32,265 bases of DNA from a virus (lineage: Duplodnaviria; Caudoviricetes): IMG/VR virus record IMGVR_UViG_3300008005_000048, positions 1 to 32,265 of that record; one strand, given 5' to 3'. This document shows positions 1-8,098 of the stretch, piece by piece. The notes beneath the pieces were generated by a model. That model worked only from the letters and a program-made list of their open reading frames with translations, was not told the origin of the DNA and did no database searches. Both the position numbers and the translations under genes were made by a program. Positions within the stretch are counted from its first letter, which is position 1; every line of letters starts with the position of its first letter.

Positions 1-45
1 AGCGGCATTGGAGGCGGCAGGTCGGAAGGCAGGGCGGAAGGCAGC

Positions 46-74
46 TTGACAAACGCCCATCTATTTGGTAGGCT
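46..74 (+). promoter_or_regulatory. sigma70-type promoter (TTGACA-N17-TAGGCT, extended -10 TG)
   Basis: TTGACA at 46-51, 17-nt spacer, TG at 66-67, TAGGCT at 69-74. An ATG follows at 81, so the mRNA may be leaderless. Confidence 0.6.
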
Positions 75-80
75 ATCGCC

Positions 81-233
81 ATGAGATATTTACTCACCGT
101 AGCAGTGTTCGGCTGGCGCGAGCAACGAGCCAGCTTCTACGCTCCAAACCCCCTCAGCAGGCACTCGTTCCGGGCCATTGAACTCCCATCTCGTGGCGTT
201 GCACGGGTGCGGTATCGGGTGGTGGGGAAATGA
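81..233 (+). CDS. small hypothetical protein (50 aa, MRYLLTVAVFGWREQ...)
   Basis: Translated by hand. It starts at the predicted transcription start, and its TGA overlaps the next ATG (ATGA at 230-233). Confidence 0.4.
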   Translation: MRYLLTVAVFGWREQRASFYAPNPLSRHSFRAIELPSRGVARVRYRVVGK

Positions 234-376
234 CTGACGCGTTCTGCATGGCAGTAATAGCGATCGTGTTGTTACTCACGTTCGGTATCTGTGACCGGCC
301 ACGGATCACGCACAGAGGAACGCGGCCAGAAGGGGAAGCGCCAAGCGGTAGGATGCAGGTGAAGCATGTTGGCTGA
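230..376 (+). CDS. small hypothetical membrane-anchored protein (48 aa)
   Basis: Translated by hand: MTDAFCMAVIAIVLLLTFGICDRPR..., with a hydrophobic N-terminal segment and ATGA coupling to the upstream ORF. Confidence 0.4.
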   Translation: MTDAFCMAVIAIVLLLTFGICDRPRITHRGTRPEGEAPSGRMQVKHVG

Positions 377-659
377 AATTACCGAGTCGATGCGCTATGC
401 TTCGCGAGACAGGCAGTGTGACGACCGTAGGTGTAACTGTGAGTGCGCGGGCAATGAATTCGTTGTGCTTGTGTGGGAAGGTCAGCCCGTTCAAATGGAT
501 TCGGACAAATGCTGCTGTATGGCATATAGACTATCATCTCCCATGATGCGAAGTTGGGGGATGCCTGTAGAGCAGTGGGTAGCTAATGGGGGACCTCCTA
601 TCGCGAGAGGTGAGATTGTAAAAATAGCCACGGCGCGGAGAACGGTAAAGCAGATATGA
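366..659 (+). CDS. hypothetical Cys-rich protein (97 aa)
   Basis: ORF in a tightly packed + strand run, with CDDRRCNCEC and KCCC clusters (possible metal binding). Confidence 0.5.
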   Translation: MLAEITESMRYASRDRQCDDRRCNCECAGNEFVVLVWEGQPVQMDSDKCCCMAYRLSSPMMRSWGMPVEQWVANGGPPIARGEIVKIATARRTVKQI

Positions 660-693
660 GAAAACCAAAGCAGAATTGGTACGGTGAAGTGAC

Positions 694-903
694 TTGACTG
701 TAACGGATGACCAACTGCTCCAGGAACAACGAGCCTTGTGCGCGATGTACCTACGCGAACGAGAAGGCATTACCAGCGGCATCATCACCTTGACGTGCAA
801 GTTCCACAACGGTACAATGGAGAAGATCGTGCTCGGACGGGAGCAAACCATACAAGCCAAAAATGTCGGGGAGGGAAGGCGCCCGGAATGTCTGCGCCAG
901 TGA
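694..903 (+). CDS. hypothetical protein (69 aa)
   Basis: TTG-start ORF filling the gap between its neighbours, with plausible composition. Confidence 0.45.
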   Translation: MTVTDDQLLQEQRALCAMYLREREGITSGIITLTCKFHNGTMEKIVLGREQTIQAKNVGEGRRPECLRQ

Positions 904-1106
904 ATACCAGCGCTGTGATTCTCCCAGCAGCATATCTCCAGCGGGAGAAGGAACGGAACGATCTGACCACGGCAAAACGCACAAAGAACGGCTTGCCTAT
1001 GCCGCGGAAGGGAAGCATCTTCATTGCCTACGGGATGGAGTGGGAGGTCGTCAAGCTCTTCGACGGTGGCCGAATGCAAGTCAGGTTCCTGAAGGTGAAC
1101 GAGTGA
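888..1106 (+). CDS. hypothetical protein (72 aa, small beta-rich domain)
   Basis: ATG at 888 follows a purine-rich GGAGGGAAGG. The stop overlaps the GTG of the next gene (GTGA 1103-1106). Confidence 0.55.
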   Translation: MSAPVNTSAVILPAAYLQREKERNDLTTAKRTKNGLPMPRKGSIFIAYGMEWEVVKLFDGGRMQVRFLKVNE

Positions 1107-2446
1107 AGAAGATTAAAACCATTGCTGATCTTACGCCTGACAGTATGAATGCCAACGAAGGCACTGAATACGGTACGGGGATGTTGGAAGACTCCCTCCG
1201 TTTCTATGGCGCTGGTCGATCCATCCTTGTGGACAAGAACGGGAAGATCATCGCTGGCAACAAAACGGCGGAGATGGCCGGACAGATTGGCATTGAAGAC
1301 GTGGAGGTCGTGCAAACTGACGGCAACAAGTTGATCGTGGTGCAGCGGACCGACCTGGATATGGACATAGATGTCCGGGCGCGCGCGCTTGGGATCGCGG
1401 ACAATAGGACAGGCGAAACGAATCTTGCCTGGAACCCCGATGCTTTGAAGCAGCTTGCCGAGAGCGGTGTATGCCTTGAGAAGTTCTGGAGCAAGGAAGC
1501 CTTGCAGGAACTTGTCGGGAGTGAGAACGGGAACCAAGACCCTGAGCCGCAGATTAACAAAGCGGCTGAGCTACAGGAGAAATGGGGAACCCAGTTGGGA
1601 GACCTGTGGGAGATTGAGTCGAAGTCGGTTCCTGGAAAAAGTCATCGGATTATTTGCGGTGACTGCACGGACAAGGCGGTCGTGGAGAGGGTGATGGGAG
1701 GAGAGAAGGCAAACTTCGTGTTCACCGATCCGCCGTATGGAATAGGCTACCAATACTCTGGATATGAAGACAAGCGGGAAGGGTATTATGACTTTATGAA
1801 ACAGGTCTTTTGGACTCTAAACGGTATCCTGGATGATGACTCTGCCATGTACGTGAAGCAGTACACGCACAACCTATTTGACTTCTACCAAGTGATCCCG
1901 AAGAACTGGAACTTCAAGAATCTCATCGTCTGGAAGAATAACAGCCAAGCGCACCCGGAAGGTAACTTCGACAACGCTTTCGAGGTAATTTATGAGTTTG
2001 ATTGTGGACAAGATGATGACTTGCCTGCGATGACTTTCTGGCAGAAAGGGAAGCCTTACTTTGATGCGAAGGCGGAGAAGAGAATGGTGGTATGGGATGG
2101 ACACCATAGGATGCCACAGGCTATCCGCCGCGGGAAAATGTGGAACATCTGGGATGACATTCCGCCTCTTCACGGTGGGTGCATGAAGAGCAAGGAGTCT
2201 TTGAGCGACGGAGGGGAGAAGTTGCATTCATGCCAGATGCCAGCAGGCCTTCCCATGCGGGCGATGAACTTCTCAAGCAAAGAGGGGAGTCTGTGCTTTG
2301 ACCCCTTCCTCGGCAGTGGCACAACGGCGGTCGCAGCCGAGAACCTGGGCAGACTCGGCAGGGGATGCGAAATCAGCCCGGCCTACACGGCAGTTTCACT
2401 CCAGAGGCTTGCAGATATGTCGCTGGAAATCAGGAAGGTGGAGTGA
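1103..2446 (+). CDS. ParB-like N-terminal domain fused to a beta-class N4C/N6A DNA methyltransferase
   Basis: N-terminal IADLTPDSMNAN...SILVDKNGKIIAGNKT...IADNRT is ParB/Srx-like. Catalytic TDPPY precedes SAM-binding DPFLGSGTT. This position upstream of terS is typical in phages. Start set at the coupled GTG 1103. Confidence 0.88.
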   Translation: MKKIKTIADLTPDSMNANEGTEYGTGMLEDSLRFYGAGRSILVDKNGKIIAGNKTAEMAGQIGIEDVEVVQTDGNKLIVVQRTDLDMDIDVRARALGIADNRTGETNLAWNPDALKQLAESGVCLEKFWSKEALQELVGSENGNQDPEPQINKAAELQEKWGTQLGDLWEIESKSVPGKSHRIICGDCTDKAVVERVMGGEKANFVFTDPPYGIGYQYSGYEDKREGYYDFMKQVFWTLNGILDDDSAMYVKQYTHNLFDFYQVIPKNWNFKNLIVWKNNSQAHPEGNFDNAFEVIYEFDCGQDDDLPAMTFWQKGKPYFDAKAEKRMVVWDGHHRMPQAIRRGKMWNIWDDIPPLHGGCMKSKESLSDGGEKLHSCQMPAGLPMRAMNFSSKEGSLCFDPFLGSGTTAVAAENLGRLGRGCEISPAYTAVSLQRLADMSLEIRKVE

Positions 2447-2472
2447 TGGAGTCATTCGCTCCGGACAACGCT

Positions 2473-2500
2473 GATACCTCATAACAACCGGATACCTCAT
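2473..2500 (+). repeat. 10-bp direct repeat GATACCTCAT x2 upstream of terS
   Basis: Exact copies at 2473-2482 and 2491-2500, followed by TATAATG containing the terS start codon. Confidence 0.7.
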
Positions 2501-2504
2501 TATA

Positions 2505-3245
2505 ATGCCACAATGTCAGGCGAAAGCTAAGCGTACGGGGGGAAAGCAGTGCCGGCAAATGGCTGTCACTGGTAAACGTGTTTGTCGAGTTCACGGCGGA
2601 TTAACTCCCAGCGGCCCCGCGGCGGGTTCGTTCAAACACGGTCTCTACTCGAAGCACGCCACCGCTGCCTTTGGCCCACTCATGCAGGACATTCAGGACG
2701 ACGCGGAACTCTCAGCACTTCGGGACGACCTGGAGTTGTACGTGGCGCTGGTGCGAGAACGTCTGGACGGGATGCAAGCGGGGGAGACGGTAGCGGGATG
2801 GAAGATGTTGCAGAAGTTGTTTCCCCAACTGCGGGCACAGGAGGCGAAGCGTGACGTTGACGGGATGATGGTAACTCTCTCAGCGATGGAAGACATCATC
2901 GTCAAGGGCGAGGCTGCCGTCGCGGCGCGAGAGGAACTTGCCAACATGCTGGAGCAACGCAGCCGGATCGCTGACCGGGAGAACAAGCGTCTATCCGCAG
3001 CGCATCATGTCATTACCGTCGAGCAAGGCATGGTCATTCTGATCGCCATTGCCAACTCGATTCGTCAGGCCGTGGAAAGGGCGTCGATCGATGAAAAAGA
3101 AAAGCGAGACATCCTTGCTCACACAGCAACGGCATTCTCGAAGTTTGCTGGTGACGACCTTCTTCCAGTCCATCATCGGGGAGGAAGCGGCGCAGCCGGA
3201 AGCATTGTGGAATCCGTGGCCCGGCCCGCAGACGGCGGCGTTTGA
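2505..3245 (+). CDS. terS: terminase small subunit (HGGxSTG-type Zn-finger N-terminus)
   Basis: CQAKAKRTGGKQC...CRVHGGLTPSGP...FKHGLYSK motif, then a helical body; lies directly upstream of TerL. Confidence 0.8.
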   Translation: MPQCQAKAKRTGGKQCRQMAVTGKRVCRVHGGLTPSGPAAGSFKHGLYSKHATAAFGPLMQDIQDDAELSALRDDLELYVALVRERLDGMQAGETVAGWKMLQKLFPQLRAQEAKRDVDGMMVTLSAMEDIIVKGEAAVAAREELANMLEQRSRIADRENKRLSAAHHVITVEQGMVILIAIANSIRQAVERASIDEKEKRDILAHTATAFSKFAGDDLLPVHHRGGSGAAGSIVESVARPADGGV

Positions 3246-5844
3246 ATGCCAGGCCGATGAGCTGTTTTATGGCGGGGCAGCCGGTTCCGGAAAAAGTGAG
3301 TTGACACTGGGGCTGGTAGCGACGCAACACACGTCCAGCATTATCTATCGCCGAGAGTATCCGCAGTTGCGAGGTTTGATCCAACGATCACACGAACTAT
3401 TCGATTCCGTTGGCACATTTAACTCACAGGAGAATCTCTGGAAGATTGGGCGGAAACGGATAGAGTTCGGAGCCGTGCAGTACGAAACAGACGTGCAGAA
3501 GTATCAAGGGCGCCCGCATGATTGTATCTGTTTTGACGAGCTGACTCACTTTTGCATTCATCCTGACACGGACGTTCTGACGAATAGGGGTTGGGTTAGA
3601 ATACAGGAAGTTACTACCTCTGATCGTGCCCTCGCTATGGATAAAGATGGAATGGCGAGATATGAGAGAATATCCGCGACGCATGAGTTTGACTACGATG
3701 GCCCTCTAATAAGCACTAAAAATGGTAGTATCCGTTACAGGGTCACTCCCAATCATAATATGGTTGTTGTACCGCTGCGTTCAGAACGATGGCGGTTCGT
3801 TATGGCAAAGGACATGCCAGTCTACCCGCGGCACCCGTTCTCAAAGCCGTGGGAAGGAGAGCCCGTAGATGCGCGAGTGCGGCTTCCCGAGGCCACGGGG
3901 AGAGGGCTGGGCCGCAATGCGAATACAGCCATTGATGTTGATGTGCATGATTGGGCTGAGTTTATGGGTTGGTATGTATCGGAAGGCTCTTGTTTTGAGA
4001 CGGGAGCACGATCAGGTCCAAAGGTATCTATTCGCCAGACGGTCCGCAACGAGTCATTGGATTGTCTTATGGAGCGTCTTCCGTGGAGGTCTAAATGGTA
4101 TAATCGCGGAGGCTATCTGATAACATCGCGTCAGTTGTTCGCGCTTCTGAAGCCAATGGGGAACCGATATGAGAAACGCGTTCCGAGATGGATTTTAGAC
4201 GCAACGTCCGACGTGGTGCTTCGGTTTTGGGAAGCGTTTGTTGCTGGTGGTGGATCAATAAGAAAAGGCGGTGGCATTTCTATTGAACTCTGCAACAAGG
4301 GACTTCGAGATGATTGTCAAGAGATTGCGGCTAAACTTGGATACCGAAGCACAGCAGGAGAATGTGTTACTAAGAGTGGGCATAAAGTATATCGGCTAAG
4401 TGTTCACAGCAGGAAGTCAAGCCCAGTTGAGGATAGGCCAAGCAATCGGCATGTAGAACAGTATTCCGGGAAGGTATATTGCCTTACGGTGGAGCCCAGC
4501 CACACATTTTTAGTTAGGGTGCAAGGGAGATTGATGTGGACTGGAAACTCACAGTACCAATACCAGTTTCTGTCGGGTTGGTTGCGGACGGTCATACCCG
4601 GACAGCGATGTCGTATCGTTTGCACCGGGAATCCACCCACTGATGATACTGGCATCTGGGTGATTGACTATTGGGGGCCGTGGTTAGACAAGAATCATCC
4701 GAACCCGGCTGAGCCAGGGGAATTGCGTTGGTACGTGACGAGCCAGGGCCAGAGTATTCCAGTGGAGTCGGGAGACCCCGTGGGAATGGACGGGGAGACA
4801 CATTATCCCAAGTCAAGGACATTTATACCGGGAAGCGTATTCGACAATCCGTATCTCGTCAGGACAGGTTACGTGTCCACGCTGCAAGCACTCCCCGAAC
4901 CGTTGCGCTCCAAGTTGCTGTATGGTGATTTCTCGGTAAGCGCCGGTGACAATCCGTGGCAGGTGATACCGTCAGAATGGATTCGAGCGGCACAGCGGCG
5001 GTGGGAAGAAGCCGGAGACATACACCCGACCGAACTGACGGCGCTGGGCGTGGACGTTGCGCGAGGGGGAATTGATAACACCATTCTCGCCCCCAAGTAC
5101 GGCCCGTGGTTTGATCATTTGCGAGTCGTTCCCGGAGTCGAGACCGATGACGGACCGAAGGTTGCGGCGTTGGTGCAGTCTTTCGTTGAATCATACCTTG
5201 AGGGTTGCATTGACGATCTGCGGGAGTCTGACGGGATTGAATTGGATGAGTCAACGTATCGGGAAGTCGTTGAGGCGCTACGCAAGAAGGTACGAGTCAA
5301 CATTGACCCGATAGGCGTTGGGACCTCCCCGTTGGACATCCTGAAGGCTAACGGGCTGAACGTGGTCCCCGTGAATTTCGCCAAGGCGTCCCATGTCAAG
5401 GACAAGTCGGGGAAGTACAAGCTACGCAACTTGCGGTCTGAAGTCTACTGGAAGTTTCGAGAAGCACTTGACCCTGATACGGGATCGACCATTTGCCTGC
5501 CGCCTGACAGGATGCTTCTGCAAGAGCTTGTGGCGCACCGATGGGGGTTGACTACGGGTGGCATTCTCATTGAGGCGAAGGACGACATTAAGGAACGCTT
5601 GGGGCGCTCACCCGACCGCGCGGACGCGGTAGTCATGGCGCACCACATGGACTCAGGAATCCGCGGCAGCTATCACAGCGTATCTCTCGGTCCCGCACAG
5701 TCTACAGGAGAGCAATCCCGGACGGATTCTGAGACGCTTGACGCGTGGGGGGACAGACTTCACGCGCAACAAATACAGCAACACTTGGGGCAGATTGTAC
5801 CGGGGCAGAGAATGAGCGCGAGAAGACGGAGGCGAGCGAAATGA
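3151..5844 (+). CDS. terL: terminase large subunit, intein-containing
   Basis: PGPQ Q-motif, Walker A YGGAAGSGKS, Walker B CFDELTHF, coupling motif CTGNPP, RNase H-like nuclease LGVDVARGG...GRSPDRADA. Start uncertain: ORF open from 3049, GTG 3151 chosen. Confidence 0.95.
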   Translation: MTTFFQSIIGEEAAQPEALWNPWPGPQTAAFECQADELFYGGAAGSGKSELTLGLVATQHTSSIIYRREYPQLRGLIQRSHELFDSVGTFNSQENLWKIGRKRIEFGAVQYETDVQKYQGRPHDCICFDELTHFCIHPDTDVLTNRGWVRIQEVTTSDRALAMDKDGMARYERISATHEFDYDGPLISTKNGSIRYRVTPNHNMVVVPLRSERWRFVMAKDMPVYPRHPFSKPWEGEPVDARVRLPEATGRGLGRNANTAIDVDVHDWAEFMGWYVSEGSCFETGARSGPKVSIRQTVRNESLDCLMERLPWRSKWYNRGGYLITSRQLFALLKPMGNRYEKRVPRWILDATSDVVLRFWEAFVAGGGSIRKGGGISIELCNKGLRDDCQEIAAKLGYRSTAGECVTKSGHKVYRLSVHSRKSSPVEDRPSNRHVEQYSGKVYCLTVEPSHTFLVRVQGRLMWTGNSQYQYQFLSGWLRTVIPGQRCRIVCTGNPPTDDTGIWVIDYWGPWLDKNHPNPAEPGELRWYVTSQGQSIPVESGDPVGMDGETHYPKSRTFIPGSVFDNPYLVRTGYVSTLQALPEPLRSKLLYGDFSVSAGDNPWQVIPSEWIRAAQRRWEEAGDIHPTELTALGVDVARGGIDNTILAPKYGPWFDHLRVVPGVETDDGPKVAALVQSFVESYLEGCIDDLRESDGIELDESTYREVVEALRKKVRVNIDPIGVGTSPLDILKANGLNVVPVNFAKASHVKDKSGKYKLRNLRSEVYWKFREALDPDTGSTICLPPDRMLLQELVAHRWGLTTGGILIEAKDDIKERLGRSPDRADAVVMAHHMDSGIRGSYHSVSLGPAQSTGEQSRTDSETLDAWGDRLHAQQIQQHLGQIVPGQRMSARRRRRAK
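3553..4548 (+). mobile_element. intein (332 aa) with LAGLIDADG homing-endonuclease domain, in TerL
   Basis: Starts CIHPDTDVLTNRGW immediately after Walker B (DELTHF). Ends VYCLTVEPSHTFLV...WTGN followed by Ser+1. LAGLIDADG-like blocks FMGWYVSEGS and FWEAFVAGGGS. Looks more AT-rich than its flanks. Confidence 0.93.
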
Positions 5845-5889
5845 TGGGGGTATATCGTTTGCGTGATAGGATTGAAGGAGGCATTGACG

Positions 5890-5918
5890 TTGACATTGCT
5901 GAATCCGTTTGTTACAAT
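5890..5918 (+). promoter_or_regulatory. near-consensus sigma70 promoter for the portal/cargo operon
   Basis: TTGACA at 5890-5895, 17-nt spacer, TG-n-TACAAT (5913-5918), in the terL-portal intergenic gap. Confidence 0.8.
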
Positions 5919-5937
5919 CCACTTCAAGTCTGAAGAA

Positions 5938-6053
5938 AACTGAATAAACTCGCCCCGGCGTTTTTTGGGGAACCAATGACAGAACGACGGTAGAACCGTC
6001 TCTGTTGTCAATGTGAGTTTGTGCTTGCATTGAGCATTGGGGCGTTTTATTCA
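5938..6053 (+). ncRNA. putative structured cis-regulatory leader RNA, copy 1
   Basis: AACTGAATA..GCCCCGGC..GGGGAAC..ACAGAACGACGGtAGAACCGTCtCTGT is shared with 27060-27122. Two hairpins, plus an alternative 14-bp pairing of 5941-5956 with 6039-6053. Confidence 0.6.
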
Positions 6054-6067
6054 CGTGGGGTGCATGG

Positions 6068-8098
6068 ATGCAAACTGCTGTCATTCCCGATCGTCATTCT
6101 CCGTCCGTCTGGATACCTGAATCTGTCAAGTCCGACCTCCTCGCTAAATCTGCCTCGCATCGTGCCACATTTCACGGGGGCGATGGTCACGAATACGCTG
6201 TCCTTGATACTCGCGATCCTCTCTGGCAGGAATTGCAGAAGTCTGCCCGCGCACCTAACGGGATGAAGGCTACCGGTATCCCTCGCCGGATCAATCCCAT
6301 GCTATATCAGATGGGCGCCTATCGCGGTATCACCAGCATCAACCGCGCGCAAGGGCTGACCAATCAGACGCTTCGACAGATGGCTCAGACACCCATCCTC
6401 GCCTCCATCATCAACACCATTCGCAACATGGTTGCCGCCTACAGCATCCCGTTTCGTGAAGAGCGCAAGGCGGGGTTTAGTATCATGCTAAAAAAGTCGT
6501 CGAAGACGATGACCCGTTCGGCCAAGAAGAAAGCACAGCAGATCGAAGATATTTTGATGGCGGGTGGGATGAAGACCGCGCACTCCCTGACTGGTGAGAT
6601 CGCTGTGTGGGACGGCAACGAGGAAGACGTCGCACTGGACTTCTGCCGTGCGAATCAAATGCTGTTCACCGATTCGATGGTTCTGGATTATGCCGGTGTG
6701 CGGATTGAGGCTGGCAGCAACCCGAAACGGTTTCCCATTGTGTTCATGCGGCCGGTGGACGCCGCGCAGATACGAAAGACGGTTCCCAAAGCGACAACGC
6801 CTCCAGCGGATGCAATCAATCGGTTCAGCATGGCTCAGGCTGCGTCTTCCTTTACGGCAGGAATCAGTGACCAGTACGTCCCTGAGATACGCGAACCGAC
6901 CAAGCACATCAAGTACGTCGAGATGGGGCAGGATGGGCTATCGGTTGTCAGGGAGTATGCCTGGAATGAGTTTGCCGAGTGGATTCGCAACCCGCGCACT
7001 GACATCATGACCAACGGGTACGGTCACTCCGAGTTGGAGTTTCTAATCGAGGTCGTTATCGGCCTGTCCAGCGGGATGAAGTTCAACACGGAATTTTTCA
7101 CCAAGAACCACGTTCCGCCGGGTTTCCTGTTTCTCATGGGGCAGTACAACGAGGAGTGGTTGGAAGATTTCGAGATGGACATTGAGGCGAACGTCGGGGG
7201 GGCCTCTCAATACTGGCGATTGCCCGTGTTGGTCAGCGATGATTCCGATGCAAAGGCCAACTATGTTTCCGTGCGAGAGCAAGGACGCCTCGACATGCAC
7301 TGGAAGGAATGGATCACATTTCTGATAAACCTCACGCATTCCGTGTACGGCATCTCCCCCGAGCTGACCGGGTGGACAAGCTACTCCACGAAAACGAATT
7401 CGTTGCAGGAGGCGGACCCGCAAACGAAGATCGAATCGTCGCAGGATAGGTTTTTCCGTCCGGTAATGCGGCAGAATGAAGAGTTCTGGACAGAGAAAGC
7501 TGTCGCACGCATCGACTCCGACTTTTGTTTTGTCTATCGTGGCTTGGACCCAATCAACGAGGAACAAGCACAGAAGGCCGCGTCAGAACGGCTACAAGTC
7601 GGTTTGACGATCCCTTCCGAGGAACGCGCTGAACAAGACCGACCGGAGATCATCGACCCGAAGGACGGTGAACAATGGGAAGCCTGCCAGAAGGCGATGG
7701 CCAAGAAGTTCCCTGACTTGGAAGAAGAAGACCCCGACCAGTTCCGCGAGTGGTGCGTGAAGCTCTACAAGCACATGGGGGGCAAGTTGGCATTGTGGCC
7801 GCAAGCGCCGACCAATATGTCGCAACTGCAAGTGTGGATGCGGGAACACTCTGAAGACCTGCAACCAGCACAACCGGACATGGGTATGATGGGACCCGAC
7901 GGGCAGGAGCAAGACCCAAATGCCGGATATGACCGGTGGGGGATGGAACCACCGGGAGGCGCGCAGTCTCCTGAAAAAGACCAGGGACCACCACCACAAG
8001 GGCAACTTCCACCGGGACAGGCGCCGCCGCAACCGCCGCAATACGGGCAGCCAATGGGCAAGTCGTTCAATCGTGTGATCGAGGTCGTCGTTCGATGA
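6068..8098 (+). CDS. portal protein with Pro/Gln-rich C-terminal tail
   Basis: Follows TerL. Portal-like segments LRQMAQTPILASIIN, RNPRTDIMTNGYGHSELE, NTEFFTKNHVPPGFL, SEERAEQDRPEI; resembles SPO1/Twort-type portals. Confidence 0.9.
   Translation: MQTAVIPDRHSPSVWIPESVKSDLLAKSASHRATFHGGDGHEYAVLDTRDPLWQELQKSARAPNGMKATGIPRRINPMLYQMGAYRGITSINRAQGLTNQTLRQMAQTPILASIINTIRNMVAAYSIPFREERKAGFSIMLKKSSKTMTRSAKKKAQQIEDILMAGGMKTAHSLTGEIAVWDGNEEDVALDFCRANQMLFTDSMVLDYAGVRIEAGSNPKRFPIVFMRPVDAAQIRKTVPKATTPPADAINRFSMAQAASSFTAGISDQYVPEIREPTKHIKYVEMGQDGLSVVREYAWNEFAEWIRNPRTDIMTNGYGHSELEFLIEVVIGLSSGMKFNTEFFTKNHVPPGFLFLMGQYNEEWLEDFEMDIEANVGGASQYWRLPVLVSDDSDAKANYVSVREQGRLDMHWKEWITFLINLTHSVYGISPELTGWTSYSTKTNSLQEADPQTKIESSQDRFFRPVMRQNEEFWTEKAVARIDSDFCFVYRGLDPINEEQAQKAASERLQVGLTIPSEERAEQDRPEIIDPKDGEQWEACQKAMAKKFPDLEEEDPDQFREWCVKLYKHMGGKLALWPQAPTNMSQLQVWMREHSEDLQPAQPDMGMMGPDGQEQDPNAGYDRWGMEPPGGAQSPEKDQGPPPQGQLPPGQAPPQPPQYGQPMGKSFNRVIEVVVR

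Noticed and set aside
16-44. Imperfect 12-bp tandem repeat GGCAGG(t/g)CGGAA
   Set aside because: Only ~2.5 copies at the window edge, with no context to interpret it.
863-1102. Longer N-terminus for the ParB-methyltransferase ORF
   Set aside because: It overlaps the better-supported 888-1106 gene, and recognisable ParB-like sequence starts at the coupled GTG 1103.
5938-6010. Possible c-di-AMP (ydaO) riboswitch or tRNA
   Set aside because: CTGAAT and GGGGAACCA resemble its 5' part only; the downstream GGGGTGAAT and CCGTCAGCTAACC-type elements are missing. No cloverleaf or TTCGA arm is present.
5745-6266. Small ORFs in the terL-portal gap (5745-5933, 6021-6266)
   Set aside because: They overlap terL, the promoter/leader or the portal gene and have no protein-like features.
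7960-8060. CCA/CCG-rich repeats at the portal 3' end
   Set aside because: Explained by the Pro/Gln-rich coding tail; not a CRISPR array or an independent DNA repeat.
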